A DNA stretch of 64,000 nucleotides. Origin: Calditrichaceae bacterium (GTDB lineage: Bacteria > Calditrichota > Calditrichia > Calditrichales > JBFXGD01). The translations under genes were made by a program, and so were the position numbers. The stretch lies in contig JBFXLE010000011.1 of the NCBI GenBank assembly GCA_050173015.1, forward strand, positions 43,718 through 107,717. The letters are read 5' to 3'. The notes below the pieces were generated by a model that ran no database searches, was not told the origin of the DNA, and saw only the letters and a list, made by a program, of their open reading frames with translations. Shown one piece after another: positions 27,228 through 38,564 of the stretch (position 1 is its first letter; each line of letters starts with the position of its first letter).

Positions 27228-29876
27228 TTATATATTTAGCCAATAACTGACTTTAATCATCAAAATGTTATCAGAATCGGCGTCAGCGAGCCGGCTCAGA
27301 GAACGCGAGAAACGAAATTCCCCAATGTCTTCAAAGTCGGACCTGTTTTGTGTCCAGACCAGATAAAATGTTGATCCGGGCATATATTCCCAACGAAGCA
27401 CGGCATTTCCGCGCAGAGATTTAAAGTTAAAATCCGGCTGGTTCCAGGATATTTCTCTGGCGAGCCCGCTCCCGTCAGGATCAACTGTGTATGAGTCCCC
27501 GTTATAATTAAGGCCAGATTCTCCCTTTTCGTATTCAATAAAATCATAGCTCTTCGAACGGGTCAGCTCTTTAAAATGATGATAATCACCGGAGGAAATT
27601 AATGGCTGCGCGTAAATCTGTAAGCTTAATTTGGGTGTGAATGTCCAGTTCACACGAACGCTGGCGGAGGCGGTGAGCTGGTCCATCTCAGCAAATACGT
27701 ATCGCCGGCCAAAGGTATGTGACGCATAAATATCATCAAATGAATCAACCCATTGCGCGTCAACGTGATTCCATTCAATTTCGGGGGATACCGTCACGCT
27801 CAAGTTCGCGGCGGGTTTCCATTCGGTTTCCAGTTCCACGCCACGGTTCCATGAACCTGATTCACTTATGTACCCGTACGTTCCGAAACCGAATACCCAA
27901 TCTTTTCTCTCATCAGAATTGGCAAAAGCGTTTACTTCATATCCGGGACGATTGATGGTCAAAGGTCCGCCTCTCGTTCTGCGGTTACTGATAGATTCAG
28001 GATTATAGGCGGAAGAAATCTCCATTTCATAGTAGTTTGGAAACTGCAGGTAAACATTTGACCAAATCCCGCTCCAAATCGTATTCCCGTCAAAATCTTT
28101 AGACCCGAATAGCGCGCCGAGTACTTTCGCGTACCTGGTGTAGCGGCCGGGTTTTACCCATTTATATCCGCCGCCGATATGAGCATTGATGATATTGGTT
28201 CTCCACATGTAGCCCATATCGTTTACATCAAATTCGGGATCTACAAATCCTATGGCGGAATTAAAAATGATATTGCCTTTCTGTTTATTCAGCAGCACTC
28301 TGCCGGAAAAGCCAGTCATCGAAGTCGCGCTGCTGTCCACGCTCAGATGCTTGGAGTCAGGCATTTGAAAATAGTGCAGCGGATTAGTCTGAAGGTCGGT
28401 AATTCGCGCTTCGCTCCCATGAACATTGCTCATGCCTCCCCAGGCGGTAATGACCCATACTTTATCCTGATCCAGGAATGTCCAGCCATCAAGGCCGAAA
28501 GTGAAGGCATCACTGTTCATTTCATCTTCGAGATAATTTTCTTTAAAATATCGGTGTGTCAGAGTTGAAATAAATCCCAATCCCTGTTTGCCTTTATTAA
28601 ATTCTTTCTGGGCCCTCATGATTCCGTAATATGTCAATGGTTCCACTTCATAAGAAGAGCGATGACCGGAGCTGTCAAGATCCGCATATTCACGAGCGGT
28701 GATGGCGTGAATGGTCCCAATGTTCCAGTTATTACCAATTTTCCCTGTGATCTTTGCGGCACTGATAATGGTGGTGCCGTCGGGTACATCGGCAAAATCA
28801 TGATCCGGCAAATCAGCCCGGGGAGCGCGGCCTATTCTCCGGCTGTAAAAGAAATTGGGGTTGCCCCAGTTAAATCCCCAGTTGCTGTTGGATCCACCGT
28901 ATCCAAAATCAAAAATGGATGATCCTTCAATAAAAAACGGTCGTTTTTCGCTAAAAAAAGTTTCCACATCGCTTAAGTTTACCACTGCGGGATCCACTTC
29001 CACTTGTCCAAAATCAGGGTTAACAGTGAGATCAAGGGTAACATTGCTGCTCAGACCAACTTTTACGTCGCCGCCAACCGCGGGGGAATATGTGGATCCG
29101 TCATTGAAAGGATCGCCCACCTCAGGATGAGTAAATGCCGCTTTATTTCTAAAATAAGGCAATATTTCTAAATTCCTCGGCGGTTCTATATTTTCAATAC
29201 CGACTAGATCATAAAACCGGGAAACAAATCCGCTTCCGTTTTTTGGCGTAAATACTAAAAAGTCTTCCTCGTTTTTTCGGGCGATGTCTCTTCTAAAATT
29301 TACACCCCACACATAATGATCTTTTTTCTTAAAACGGAGCTGTGAAAAAGGAACTTTGAATTCGGCGACCCAACAGTCCTGTTCAATGCGGGCTTTGCCT
29401 TCCCATACACCGTCCCACGAATCGTCATCCCAGTCGTCGTTATAACAGACACCGTCGTACAATGTCCCGGCGGCATTGACCGCAAAGTAAAATCCGCTTC
29501 GTCTGTCATAGTATGGATCAATATAAAAACCGAAAACATCGGAAGTCATCCAGTCATCCCGTCTGCCCAGCCTGGCGATGATTGAATCGGGATTTGAATC
29601 AAACATACGCGCGGCAACATAGATCGCCTCGTCATCATAGGTCATGTAAACAATGGTTTTTTCCGTGGGGGGCGAGCCTTCGTTGGGATTTTTTTGAATA
29701 AATTCAGAAATGCCGGTGGAATTCTGCCATGCAGATTCATTAAGAAATCCGTCAATCTTTATGCCGGAATCGGAACGATTAATCTGAATTTTATTATTTT
29801 CTGTTTCATTGGTAATTGATGCAAATGTGGATCCGGATACCAGGACAATCAAGAGAATAGTCGTATAAAATTTCAT
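27228..29876 (-). CDS. CBM9-like plus DUF5916-type outer-membrane protein
   Basis: Signal peptide; IDGFLNESAW, NPDFGQVEVD, EKRPFFIEG, FYSRRIG; barrel-like C-terminus. Confidence 0.8.
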   Translation of the reverse strand: MKFYTTILLIVLVSGSTFASITNETENNKIQINRSDSGIKIDGFLNESAWQNSTGISEFIQKNPNEGSPPTEKTIVYMTYDDEAIYVAARMFDSNPDSIIARLGRRDDWMTSDVFGFYIDPYYDRRSGFYFAVNAAGTLYDGVCYNDDWDDDSWDGVWEGKARIEQDCWVAEFKVPFSQLRFKKKDHYVWGVNFRRDIARKNEEDFLVFTPKNGSGFVSRFYDLVGIENIEPPRNLEILPYFRNKAAFTHPEVGDPFNDGSTYSPAVGGDVKVGLSSNVTLDLTVNPDFGQVEVDPAVVNLSDVETFFSEKRPFFIEGSSIFDFGYGGSNSNWGFNWGNPNFFYSRRIGRAPRADLPDHDFADVPDGTTIISAAKITGKIGNNWNIGTIHAITAREYADLDSSGHRSSYEVEPLTYYGIMRAQKEFNKGKQGLGFISTLTHRYFKENYLEDEMNSDAFTFGLDGWTFLDQDKVWVITAWGGMSNVHGSEARITDLQTNPLHYFQMPDSKHLSVDSSATSMTGFSGRVLLNKQKGNIIFNSAIGFVDPEFDVNDMGYMWRTNIINAHIGGGYKWVKPGRYTRYAKVLGALFGSKDFDGNTIWSGIWSNVYLQFPNYYEMEISSAYNPESISNRRTRGGPLTINRPGYEVNAFANSDERKDWVFGFGTYGYISESGSWNRGVELETEWKPAANLSVTVSPEIEWNHVDAQWVDSFDDIYASHTFGRRYVFAEMDQLTASASVRVNWTFTPKLSLQIYAQPLISSGDYHHFKELTRSKSYDFIEYEKGESGLNYNGDSYTVDPDGSGLAREISWNQPDFNFKSLRGNAVLRWEYMPGSTFYLVWTQNRSDFEDIGEFRFSRSLSRLADADSDNILMIKVSYWLNI

Positions 29877-30011
29877 ATATTCCCACCTTTAAATTTTTTA
29901 CTTTTTTATTACAGACGTCGGTTGTTGCGAAAAGTTTGCATTCGGGGTATATTTTTTTAAAAATTAGTCAGAATTGATTTGTTTCCTAATTTTAGTTTAA
30001 AAAAGAGTTTC

Positions 30012-30761
30012 ATGACAAGCATAATAAAAACGCGTGGGATTGTTCTTAGCTCCATACGATGGCATGAATCAAGTAAGATAGTTACGCTGTACACCGAGAA
30101 ACTCGGTAAAATAAAAGTAATAGCCCGCGGCGCGTTAAAAGATAAAAGCTCATTCAGAGGGGATTTAGAGGCATTAAACGAACTTGATGTAATAATCTCG
30201 GTTAAACAGGCGCGTTCGCTGCAGATACTGACTGAGACCGAGTTAGAGGAGACTTTTAATGCTGTTAAGGCGGACTGGAATCGTCTGCCGATTGCTTTGG
30301 CGATATTGGAGTTAATAAACGAGGTATTCGATGAAGGGCACGCGGATCAAATTTTTTACAATTTTACAGTTTCGGTACTTCGGCAGACGGGAGAATTAAA
30401 AACTCCATTCACCGCGTTCTGGTACTTTCTGCTTAAGTTGTCATCTTTCCTGGGGTTTAAGCCGAATTTAAATAACTGTCAGACATGCGGCGCTGACCGG
30501 TTTGATTCGGATGTGTTCTTTTCAGTTGAGCAGGGGGCCGTATATTGTGATAATTGCGCAAGAGGCGCGGGTCTTTCAATAAAGATCAACCCTAATAATT
30601 TCGATTTTTTACGAAAATTGCAGGACTATCATCATCGACAACTCAAAAAATTTGAAGAGCAATCTAAATCGTCATATGATTTCACAAATATACTTATTGA
30701 TTACCTGAACCACCATATTGACCGCAAAATAGTATTGAACTCGTTGAGCATGTTTTCATGA
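30012..30761 (+). CDS. recO: DNA repair protein RecO
   Basis: GIVL...ESSKIVTLYT..GKI..IARGA; CxxC...CxxC zinc finger. Confidence 0.92.
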   Translation: MTSIIKTRGIVLSSIRWHESSKIVTLYTEKLGKIKVIARGALKDKSSFRGDLEALNELDVIISVKQARSLQILTETELEETFNAVKADWNRLPIALAILELINEVFDEGHADQIFYNFTVSVLRQTGELKTPFTAFWYFLLKLSSFLGFKPNLNNCQTCGADRFDSDVFFSVEQGAVYCDNCARGAGLSIKINPNNFDFLRKLQDYHHRQLKKFEEQSKSSYDFTNILIDYLNHHIDRKIVLNSLSMFS

Positions 30762-30904
30762 TATAAAAATCCGGTTTTTTAAGATTCGGGATAACAGATA
30801 AATCTTGATTCTATAACGATTTCCGTAACTAAATTTATTATGAAATTTGTGTTTAATATTTTATATTGTTGTTCTGTTTAAACAAAAAACATAGGAGGCG
30901 ATGA

Positions 30905-32215
30905 GTGGCCACTCAACCTGATAATAAAATAATGGAAAAGATTGTATCTCTTGCCAAACGCAGGGGATTCATATTTCAGAGCAGTGAAATTTATGGTGGA
31001 ATCAATTCTTGTTATGATTACGGCCCGCTTGGCATTGAAATGAAGAAAAATATAAAAGAGTTATGGTGGAAAAGCATGGTTTATGAGCGGGATGATATTG
31101 AGGGCATAGATGCAAGTATTCTGATGCACCCGAAAGTGTGGGAAGCATCCGGCCATGTGGAAGGATTTACTGATCCCCTGATCGACTGTAAAATCTGTAA
31201 ATCACGTTTTCGCGAAGATCAGATAGATACTTCAAAGCCATGTCCGGTATGCGGTAACCGGGAATCATTCACAGAATCCCGTCAGTTTAACCTTATGTTC
31301 AAGACATTTATGGGACCATTGGAAGATTCCGCAAATGTCATTTTTCTGCGTCCCGAAACAGCGCAGGGTATTTATGTTAATTTCCACAATGTCCGTGAAG
31401 CCGCTCGGCAAAAACTGCCGTTCGGGATTGCTCAAATTGGAAAAGCATTCAGGAATGAAATCACACCCGGTAACTTTACTTTCAGAACCCGTGAATTTGA
31501 ACAAATGGAGATGCAGTTTTTTGTATATCCCGGGGAAGATGACAAGTGGTTTGAATATTGGAAAGAAAAAAGGATGGGATGGTATGAAAGGCTCGGTTTA
31601 CCGTCCAAAAAACTAAGGTTCCATCCCCATGGTGATAATGAGCTGGCGCATTACGCGAAAAGCGCGGCTGATATTGAATATGAATTCCCGTTCGGATGGC
31701 AGGAAATCGAGGGTGTCCATAATCGGACAGATTTCGATCTTGGCCGGCATAAAGAATATTCAGGTAAAGATTTAAGATATTATGACGATCAATTAAAGGA
31801 AAAGTTTATTCCTTATGTAATTGAGACGTCGATTGGTTGCGATCGTACATTGCTGACTTGTTTAATCGATGCCTATACTGAAGAAGAGGAGCGGGTGGTT
31901 CTGAAATTAGCTCCGTCAATCGCACCAATAAAAGTGGCTGTGTTTCCCTTAGTGAACAGGGACGGGATGCCTGAGATCGCGAAGAATATATGTAGCGAGT
32001 TAAGGGGAGATTACAGGGTGTTTTATGACAGCAGCGGCTCCATCGGACGGAGATACCGCAGACAGGATGAAGCAGGTACGCCGTTTTGTCTGACCGTAGA
32101 TACCGAGACTCTTGAAAATAAAACAGTTACGGTGCGGTACAGGGACAGCATGGAACAAAAGAGAGTTGATATAAATAATCTGAAGTCATTTTTGGCTACA
32201 GAATTAAAGTTTTAA
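30905..32215 (+). CDS. glyQS: Glycine--tRNA ligase (dimeric alpha2 type)
   Basis: LRPETAQG, FRNEITP, REFEQME, GSIGRRYRRQDE. Confidence 0.96.
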   Translation: MATQPDNKIMEKIVSLAKRRGFIFQSSEIYGGINSCYDYGPLGIEMKKNIKELWWKSMVYERDDIEGIDASILMHPKVWEASGHVEGFTDPLIDCKICKSRFREDQIDTSKPCPVCGNRESFTESRQFNLMFKTFMGPLEDSANVIFLRPETAQGIYVNFHNVREAARQKLPFGIAQIGKAFRNEITPGNFTFRTREFEQMEMQFFVYPGEDDKWFEYWKEKRMGWYERLGLPSKKLRFHPHGDNELAHYAKSAADIEYEFPFGWQEIEGVHNRTDFDLGRHKEYSGKDLRYYDDQLKEKFIPYVIETSIGCDRTLLTCLIDAYTEEEERVVLKLAPSIAPIKVAVFPLVNRDGMPEIAKNICSELRGDYRVFYDSSGSIGRRYRRQDEAGTPFCLTVDTETLENKTVTVRYRDSMEQKRVDINNLKSFLATELKF

Positions 32216-32281
32216 AATAATGCCATACAGGTTCACGGCTGAACCTGTATGGCCTGTTTAATAGAATGAAAAGAGTACTTA

Positions 32282-33370
32282 ATGGGCAAAGGATTCCTAA
32301 AGTCTTTAGGGAAGCTGATAGTCATTGAAATTTTGTATCTGTTGTTCTTTGGGATAATATTTTCTGTTATTCCACACCGGACGGTGGAAGTAATTACGTT
32401 TTTAAACTTCAATTTGTACTTTCTTATTTTTATAGTCATATGGTTATCGCTTCCGTTCACGGTGGCAAATAAACCATTGGTGAAATTGTTTCTTTTGCAA
32501 TTCCTTTTATATGCGTTCGGACCGTTATTTCTGGTTTTTGTCGGTGATGAGGCCGGTTTCCTTTCAGACAATATGGCGAACATCCTGTACATTTATCAGT
32601 ATATTTTTCTAAACGGGTTCAATCTGCTGGTTACCATGTTTATATTTATCTATGCTGTTTTGCCGGGTAAGGAATCCAAAATAATTTTACGCAGAGCTGT
32701 TATTTTAAGCATGATCATTACGACCGGAATATATTTCAATATCATTTTCTCCGGACAGTCGTTAGGATATGAAAATTATTATGATTATTATCAGAAGTTT
32801 TTTACAAATAATTACTATATCAATATTTTGAATTTTTCCTTTTTATTTATTGTCTGGGTTTATTACCAACAGGGAAGATTCATATTTTCTGATTATCTGA
32901 CGTCGATACTTTCTCTCTTTACTCTGGTCATTATTTTAGAGATTTTCCATTCGTTTAATTTAACGAGCGGCAGTCATTATTTTACATATGGCCAATATTT
33001 TAACGTCATTTTAAATTCAGGCCTATTGATGCTTTGGTTAATAAGATTAAGATATTTGATGACGCCCGATGCAAAAGAGAATGAAAGATATGTAATAAAT
33101 TATGAATTGCTTCACGGTTATGTTGAGAAGCCGCGAAGAGGATATCTTACAAATCTGGCTCTCAAAATAGGGAGAAGAAACCTGTTCATTAGCGCCTTGG
33201 TCCTCGTGTTGATTCTGGTCATACCGGTAATCGCGTTGGACAAACAAAACAGTTTTGTAAGGTTAAATATTTTGATACTGACGATATCATTACTTGTTCT
33301 GATCATTTTCGGTTTTTTATACTTGCAGAGTCGATGGTTTAAGTCCATAGGTTTTCTGTTTAAAAAATAG
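32282..33370 (+). CDS. Multi-pass membrane protein of unknown function
   Basis: 362 aa with many hydrophobic segments; ends 11 nt before the kinase gene. Confidence 0.75.
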   Translation: MGKGFLKSLGKLIVIEILYLLFFGIIFSVIPHRTVEVITFLNFNLYFLIFIVIWLSLPFTVANKPLVKLFLLQFLLYAFGPLFLVFVGDEAGFLSDNMANILYIYQYIFLNGFNLLVTMFIFIYAVLPGKESKIILRRAVILSMIITTGIYFNIIFSGQSLGYENYYDYYQKFFTNNYYINILNFSFLFIVWVYYQQGRFIFSDYLTSILSLFTLVIILEIFHSFNLTSGSHYFTYGQYFNVILNSGLLMLWLIRLRYLMTPDAKENERYVINYELLHGYVEKPRRGYLTNLALKIGRRNLFISALVLVLILVIPVIALDKQNSFVRLNILILTISLLVLIIFGFLYLQSRWFKSIGFLFKK

Positions 33371-33381
33371 GTCCCTGGGTA

Positions 33382-34908
33382 ATGTTTCTTAGGAAAAAAA
33401 GTCAGCCCCACAATACGAGGCTCACCACTTTGGTTGATGAACTCCAGGATGGATTTTGTACAATTCGTCTTAACGGGGATTTTATTTACATGAACAGAGC
33501 CGCCAGAGACCTTTTTGTTTTTAATGAAGATCCGTATGACTATAATTTTTTTCGCGACTGCATCCGCAATGAAATCATTATCAACAAAATGAAGATAAAT
33601 TTTGTTGAAAAAGATTACCTGAAAGATATTGAAATAGATCTGTACAATACAAAGAACCAAAAATTCCCAACGATACTGACCTTAAATCTTATTCGTGATC
33701 TAAGAGGCAATACCATTGGGATGGCGGCTTTGATTAAGGATATGACAGCTTTTAAGACCATGCAAACCCAGCTTCTGCAGGCGCAAAAAATGGAAAGTAT
33801 TGGTCTCCTCGCCAGCGGTATTGCTCATGAGTTCAATAATATTTTATCCGGAATCATGCCGAATGCGGAGCTGATTAAGATGACAACGGATAAGGACAGC
33901 CAAAATCACGCGCGCGCAGAATCCATTGAAAAGTCAGCGCAGAGAGCCGCAAACATTGTAAAACAACTATTGAGTTTTGCCAGAAGCGATAAGTTTGACG
34001 ATGATGTTTCACTGGATTTAAAACAGGCGGTGACAGAAACCCTTGAAATAATGGGAAAATTGTTCAGCAAAAACATCACAATCGAGAATAAACTGCCGAT
34101 GGATTTGTACCCGGTTAAAGCCGATCCTACACGGGTTCAGCAAATTGTGATGAATCTTGCTATTAATGCAAAAGACGCGATTAAGGATGTAAGTGGTTTT
34201 ATCACTTTCAACGCGGAAAATATTATTATTAAAGAAAATTACACTGAGAATATAAAGCTGTCCAGTGGAAAATATGTCAAATTGATTGTTTCGGATACGG
34301 GAGGCGGAATTCCTACTCATGTAATAGATAAAATTTTTGATCCGTTTTTTACGACAAAGAGTCCGGGAAAAGGTACAGGTTTGGGTTTGTCAACCGTATA
34401 TGGAATAGTTAAAAATATTAATGGTGAAATTAAGGTGTTTAGTGAATTGAATAAAGGTACACGATTTGAGATTTACCTGCCGGCAAGCGAGAAAGCGGCA
34501 GTTAAAGATGATACAAGTATTGAAATGACAGTTTTGGATGACATAAAGACGGTTCTGGTAGTCGATGATGAAGATATGATCAGAGAAATGACAAAAGATA
34601 TGCTGAATTATTTTGGCTATGAAGTTCTTATAGCAAAAAATGGTATGGAAGCATTAAATGTTTTTGATGATCATAAAGAAAAAATTGATATAGTTTTACT
34701 CGATCTGATCATGCCGAAAATGAACGGAGTTGCATGTTTTGAAAAAATTCGCGAGTTAAAAAATGATGTACCGGTGATCATCACCTCTGGTGTAGGAGAG
34801 GCCGACAAAAAAGATGATTTAATGAGAATGGGGGTGACGGCTTATCTGGAAAAACCGTATACGATTAAAGTTCTCGCGGATAAATTTAAGGAAATTTTTA
34901 AAGCATAA
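33382..34908 (+). CDS. Cytoplasmic hybrid histidine kinase (PAS-HisKA-HATPase-REC)
   Basis: GIAHEFNN, NLAINAKDA, DTGGG, FFTTK, GTGLGL, VVDDE/DLIMP receiver. Confidence 0.94.
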   Translation: MFLRKKSQPHNTRLTTLVDELQDGFCTIRLNGDFIYMNRAARDLFVFNEDPYDYNFFRDCIRNEIIINKMKINFVEKDYLKDIEIDLYNTKNQKFPTILTLNLIRDLRGNTIGMAALIKDMTAFKTMQTQLLQAQKMESIGLLASGIAHEFNNILSGIMPNAELIKMTTDKDSQNHARAESIEKSAQRAANIVKQLLSFARSDKFDDDVSLDLKQAVTETLEIMGKLFSKNITIENKLPMDLYPVKADPTRVQQIVMNLAINAKDAIKDVSGFITFNAENIIIKENYTENIKLSSGKYVKLIVSDTGGGIPTHVIDKIFDPFFTTKSPGKGTGLGLSTVYGIVKNINGEIKVFSELNKGTRFEIYLPASEKAAVKDDTSIEMTVLDDIKTVLVVDDEDMIREMTKDMLNYFGYEVLIAKNGMEALNVFDDHKEKIDIVLLDLIMPKMNGVACFEKIRELKNDVPVIITSGVGEADKKDDLMRMGVTAYLEKPYTIKVLADKFKEIFKA

Positions 34909-34940
34909 AAAACAGGTATAAGGCGAAAGCCCTATACCCG
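34907..34940 (-). terminator. Hairpin terminator between convergent genes
   Basis: GGTATAaGGC-GAAA-GCCcTATACC with an adjacent A-run. Confidence 0.6.
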
Positions 34941-34957
34941 TCGTTTTAGTATTGCTC

Positions 34958-36085
34958 TCAGGAATAAAATTCCGAAATACTGTCCATCACATAGTCTTTT
35001 TGCGCATCCGTCAACTCAGGATATATGGGAATCGCCAATGAAGACCCAGCGATTTTTTCCGCGACCGGGAATTCGCCATTTTTATATCCAAGGTAATTAA
35101 AACACTCCTGTTCATGGAAGCAAACCGGATAATATATTTCACAACCGATATTCTTACTTTGAAGAAATTTCAGTAATTCATCACGATTTTCGACCAGTAT
35201 AATATACTGATTGAAAATATGTCTGTATCCTTCAACTCTCACAGGTATTTTTACCTTACTCTGCAAATTGCGCTTTTTTATTCCGGCATCATAATAATCG
35301 GCATTTTTCTGTCTTCCGGCAGTCCATCCGTCTAGATATTTAAGTTTTACATCCAGAACGACGGCCTGGAGCGAATCCAGCCTGAAGTTGCCACCTATCA
35401 TCTTGTGGTAATATTTAGGGTGGGCGCCATGATTTCTTAAATAAGCCAGTTTATTAAACAGGTTTTCATCGTCGGTCGTCACAAGGCCGCCGTCACCGAA
35501 ACCACCGAGGTTCTTACTGGGGAAGAACGAGAAACATCCGATGTGACCAATTGAACCGGCTCTTCTTCCGTCTTTGTATTCAGAACCGATTGCCTGAGCT
35601 GCATCTTCGATGACATACAGACTGTTTTTCTTTGCGATATCCATTATTGGATCCATGTCCGCAAGCTGACCATAAAGATGAACAGGAATAATGGCTTTCG
35701 TTTTCTTTGTTATGGCGGCTTCAATTTTTGATGGATCAATATTATAACTTTCCGGATCAACATCCACAAATACCGGAACAGCATTCATTCGTGATATGCA
35801 TCCGGCAGTTGCAAAAAATGAATAAGTTGTGGTGATAACTTCATCTCCGGGCTGCAGGTCGATTGCCATTAAAGCGATTAATAGCGCGTCTGTCCCGGAT
35901 GAAACACCAAGCGCGTATTTTGATTGACAATAAGAAGCTACATTATCTTCAAAGGCTTTTACTTTAGGCCCCAATATGAAGTACTGCGATTCGATGACAT
36001 CCTTTACCACCGGCTCAATTTCATCACGGATAGCACTGTATTGCGCTTTCAGATCCAGTAACGGAACATTTGTGACTTTTTCCAA
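34958..36085 (-). CDS. DegT/DnrJ/EryC1/StrS sugar aminotransferase
   Basis: SSGTDAL, VHLYGQ, EDAAQ, SFFPSKNLG. Confidence 0.95.
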   Translation of the reverse strand: MEKVTNVPLLDLKAQYSAIRDEIEPVVKDVIESQYFILGPKVKAFEDNVASYCQSKYALGVSSGTDALLIALMAIDLQPGDEVITTTYSFFATAGCISRMNAVPVFVDVDPESYNIDPSKIEAAITKKTKAIIPVHLYGQLADMDPIMDIAKKNSLYVIEDAAQAIGSEYKDGRRAGSIGHIGCFSFFPSKNLGGFGDGGLVTTDDENLFNKLAYLRNHGAHPKYYHKMIGGNFRLDSLQAVVLDVKLKYLDGWTAGRQKNADYYDAGIKKRNLQSKVKIPVRVEGYRHIFNQYIILVENRDELLKFLQSKNIGCEIYYPVCFHEQECFNYLGYKNGEFPVAEKIAGSSLAIPIYPELTDAQKDYVMDSISEFYS

Positions 36086-36183
36086 AATTTATTCTCCTGA
36101 TTTAATTCTTAAGTATAATATTTTATCATCTTAAAATAAGTTTAAATTTACATACAAATTATTGTAATTAAAACGCTTTCTTC

Positions 36184-37668
36184 TTAAAAGTATTTTTTTA
36201 TTCCGGGGATTAGTCTCAAAAACTGCACTGAAATGGATTTTATGCGATCCAATTCGATTTGTTCGTAAAAATTGAGTAATAACAGGGTGAACGGGAATAA
36301 TACGAGTAATGAAAGTTTGAAACTATAATTGATAAGTTCCGACATTGGAGAATATAAAAAAGTAAAAAAATAGAAGATGACTCCCAGGGAAAGAACCTTC
36401 AATAATTTCAAATTTTCAAATGGTATTTTGTAAAGTTTAATCGAAAAATAATATGAACAAACATAGAGTATAATGTATGAAATCAGCGTGGCATATGCCG
36501 CGCCCATCATACGGTATTTTGGAATAAGGTATAAATTGATTCCCACATTTGCGATAAAAGCGATAAGATAAATTAAAGCATAATAGCCGGTTTTTCTCTT
36601 CAGAATAATACTAATAGACGCAACGGAACTCGCGCCACTGAAAATGTAAGCCAGAATTATTATCGGCACAACCGTGGCCGCGGGCCAATAACTCGAGTCG
36701 TTTGCAAAAAATTTGATAAGATCTTGACTAAAAAATGCTAATCCCAGCCCTGCCCAGGTCAGGATAAAAATAAAATATGTCATGATCTTGCTATAATAAC
36801 GCAGATCTCCCTGTTTTCCGTATTTTTTAAACGCGAGAGGCATGATGCCAAGCATAAAGGATTGAATTAAGAAAACATTCAAAATTCCGGCGATTTTATA
36901 CCCTAAGTTATAAAGGCCGACTTCCTCATAATTCACAAGAAGCTTTAGCAGATATCGATCACCCATACTCAGGAGCATTGATGCAAGTGATGAAAAAATT
37001 AATGGTAAACCGAAATAAAACGATTCTTTCCAGATAGACAGATCTATTTTAAACTTCATGTTTGAGATAGATGGAAACAGGAGGATCAGCGTCAGTAAAA
37101 TTTCTCCAATCAGATAGGCATAAAGGATTCCGCTGATGCCGATTTTCAGATATGCCACAAAATATATATTTAAAGCTAATATTACTGTTAATTGCGTGAT
37201 ATTTGATGCCGCGTAGATAACCGATTTTTCTCTGGCCCGCAGATCATTTAATAAGAGGTTGTTCATGACTCTGAAAAAGATGATGCCTGAAGAAATTTGA
37301 AAGTAAAGTTTAAATAAAGATGGCGTCTCAAAAAACGACGATAATGGGCCTGATAAAGAAAAGAACATCATCGTTACTGAAAATGTGGACAAACCCAGCA
37401 TCATAAAAATAGAGAAAAATACTATTTTTCTTTTATTCTCAAAACCCTCTCTGTGGTAATAGCTCAAAAGAGATGTACTTTGGCCAAAAATTAATACCTG
37501 GGACGCGATTAAGAATGTAATCTCTAATACACCCAGAATTCCATATTCGGTAACCGAGATGTGCGCGGTGTATAAGGGAAGGAGTACAATACCGATCAAT
37601 TTTGTCGCGAATGATCCAATACTATAAATTGCGGTATGCTTTAATGTCTCTTTTATGTTCTTAATCAT
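36184..37668 (-). CDS. Wzx-like oligosaccharide flippase
   Basis: Multi-pass membrane protein; LLPLYT..EYG, DRYLL, VGLY, GAAYAT. Confidence 0.88.
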   Translation of the reverse strand: MIKNIKETLKHTAIYSIGSFATKLIGIVLLPLYTAHISVTEYGILGVLEITFLIASQVLIFGQSTSLLSYYHREGFENKRKIVFFSIFMMLGLSTFSVTMMFFSLSGPLSSFFETPSLFKLYFQISSGIIFFRVMNNLLLNDLRAREKSVIYAASNITQLTVILALNIYFVAYLKIGISGILYAYLIGEILLTLILLFPSISNMKFKIDLSIWKESFYFGLPLIFSSLASMLLSMGDRYLLKLLVNYEEVGLYNLGYKIAGILNVFLIQSFMLGIMPLAFKKYGKQGDLRYYSKIMTYFIFILTWAGLGLAFFSQDLIKFFANDSSYWPAATVVPIIILAYIFSGASSVASISIILKRKTGYYALIYLIAFIANVGINLYLIPKYRMMGAAYATLISYIILYVCSYYFSIKLYKIPFENLKLLKVLSLGVIFYFFTFLYSPMSELINYSFKLSLLVLFPFTLLLLNFYEQIELDRIKSISVQFLRLIPGIKKYF

Positions 37669-37747
37669 GCCTTGTTCGTTTTACCCGTCATTGTGGTTCT
37701 TTAACTAATTTGTTAAGCTTACTATGTAATCAGAATGATGATTCTTT

Positions 37748-38530
37748 TTATATCATGGATTTCCTTCTCAGTAGCACAAACAACTGATATGGTTTCTTTG
37801 GAGATAATAATATATTTAATAAATCACATATAAAAGCAACAGCATGGATTTTTGGAGTTATTAAAAATTTTTTGTTGCAGTTCGGACAAAGCGTGCCTGC
37901 TTGTGTAGTCTTGATCCATCTTTTGGGGATCCATGATTCTGGCGGTGCAATGGCATGTTTAATCACGGCCAATAATCCATTGTACCGCCTTATTTTTGTG
38001 CCAAATTCAAAAGACTTGATCACATCAAAATCACTAAATAATTCTTTAATAATTTTCAGATTTAATTTACGCATATGATAAGATCGATTAAATATAAATG
38101 CGCATTGAGGACATTTAATATAATTTTTTTCAACATTTTCATTGTTTGGAAATGTCAGATATATATATTTCCTGCTCAATCTTTTGATTTCAGATATAGT
38201 GGATTCAAAAACTTCATCAGGCAAATGTTCCAGAACTTCACTGGAAAAAACCAAATCGAACTTATTCGTAGCCGCGCCTATCTTGTCCGATGACGCTCTC
38301 AGCCGTTTAGTTGTTACAAAATTTAAGGCGTTTCTGCTTCTGTCAACCGCGATGACATTAAATTTATTACCTAGTTGGTTCGTGATTGTACCATCACCAC
38401 AACCAATGTCAATAAGATTTTGAACATCATGGGGGATGGTCAGTAAAATTTGTTTGATTTTATCTTTTAAATGATTATCAAGATTAGCTGCTGTCCAATC
38501 AAATGATTCGTAATAACTTTTATTATCCAT
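37748..38530 (-). CDS. Class I SAM-dependent methyltransferase
   Basis: LIDIGCGDG, SSEVLEHL; two CxxC motifs. Confidence 0.88.
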   Translation of the reverse strand: MDNKSYYESFDWTAANLDNHLKDKIKQILLTIPHDVQNLIDIGCGDGTITNQLGNKFNVIAVDRSRNALNFVTTKRLRASSDKIGAATNKFDLVFSSEVLEHLPDEVFESTISEIKRLSRKYIYLTFPNNENVEKNYIKCPQCAFIFNRSYHMRKLNLKIIKELFSDFDVIKSFEFGTKIRRYNGLLAVIKHAIAPPESWIPKRWIKTTQAGTLCPNCNKKFLITPKIHAVAFICDLLNILLSPKKPYQLFVLLRRKSMI

Positions 38531-38564
38531 AAATTATAAATCTCAAATATCTTTATTAAAAAAC

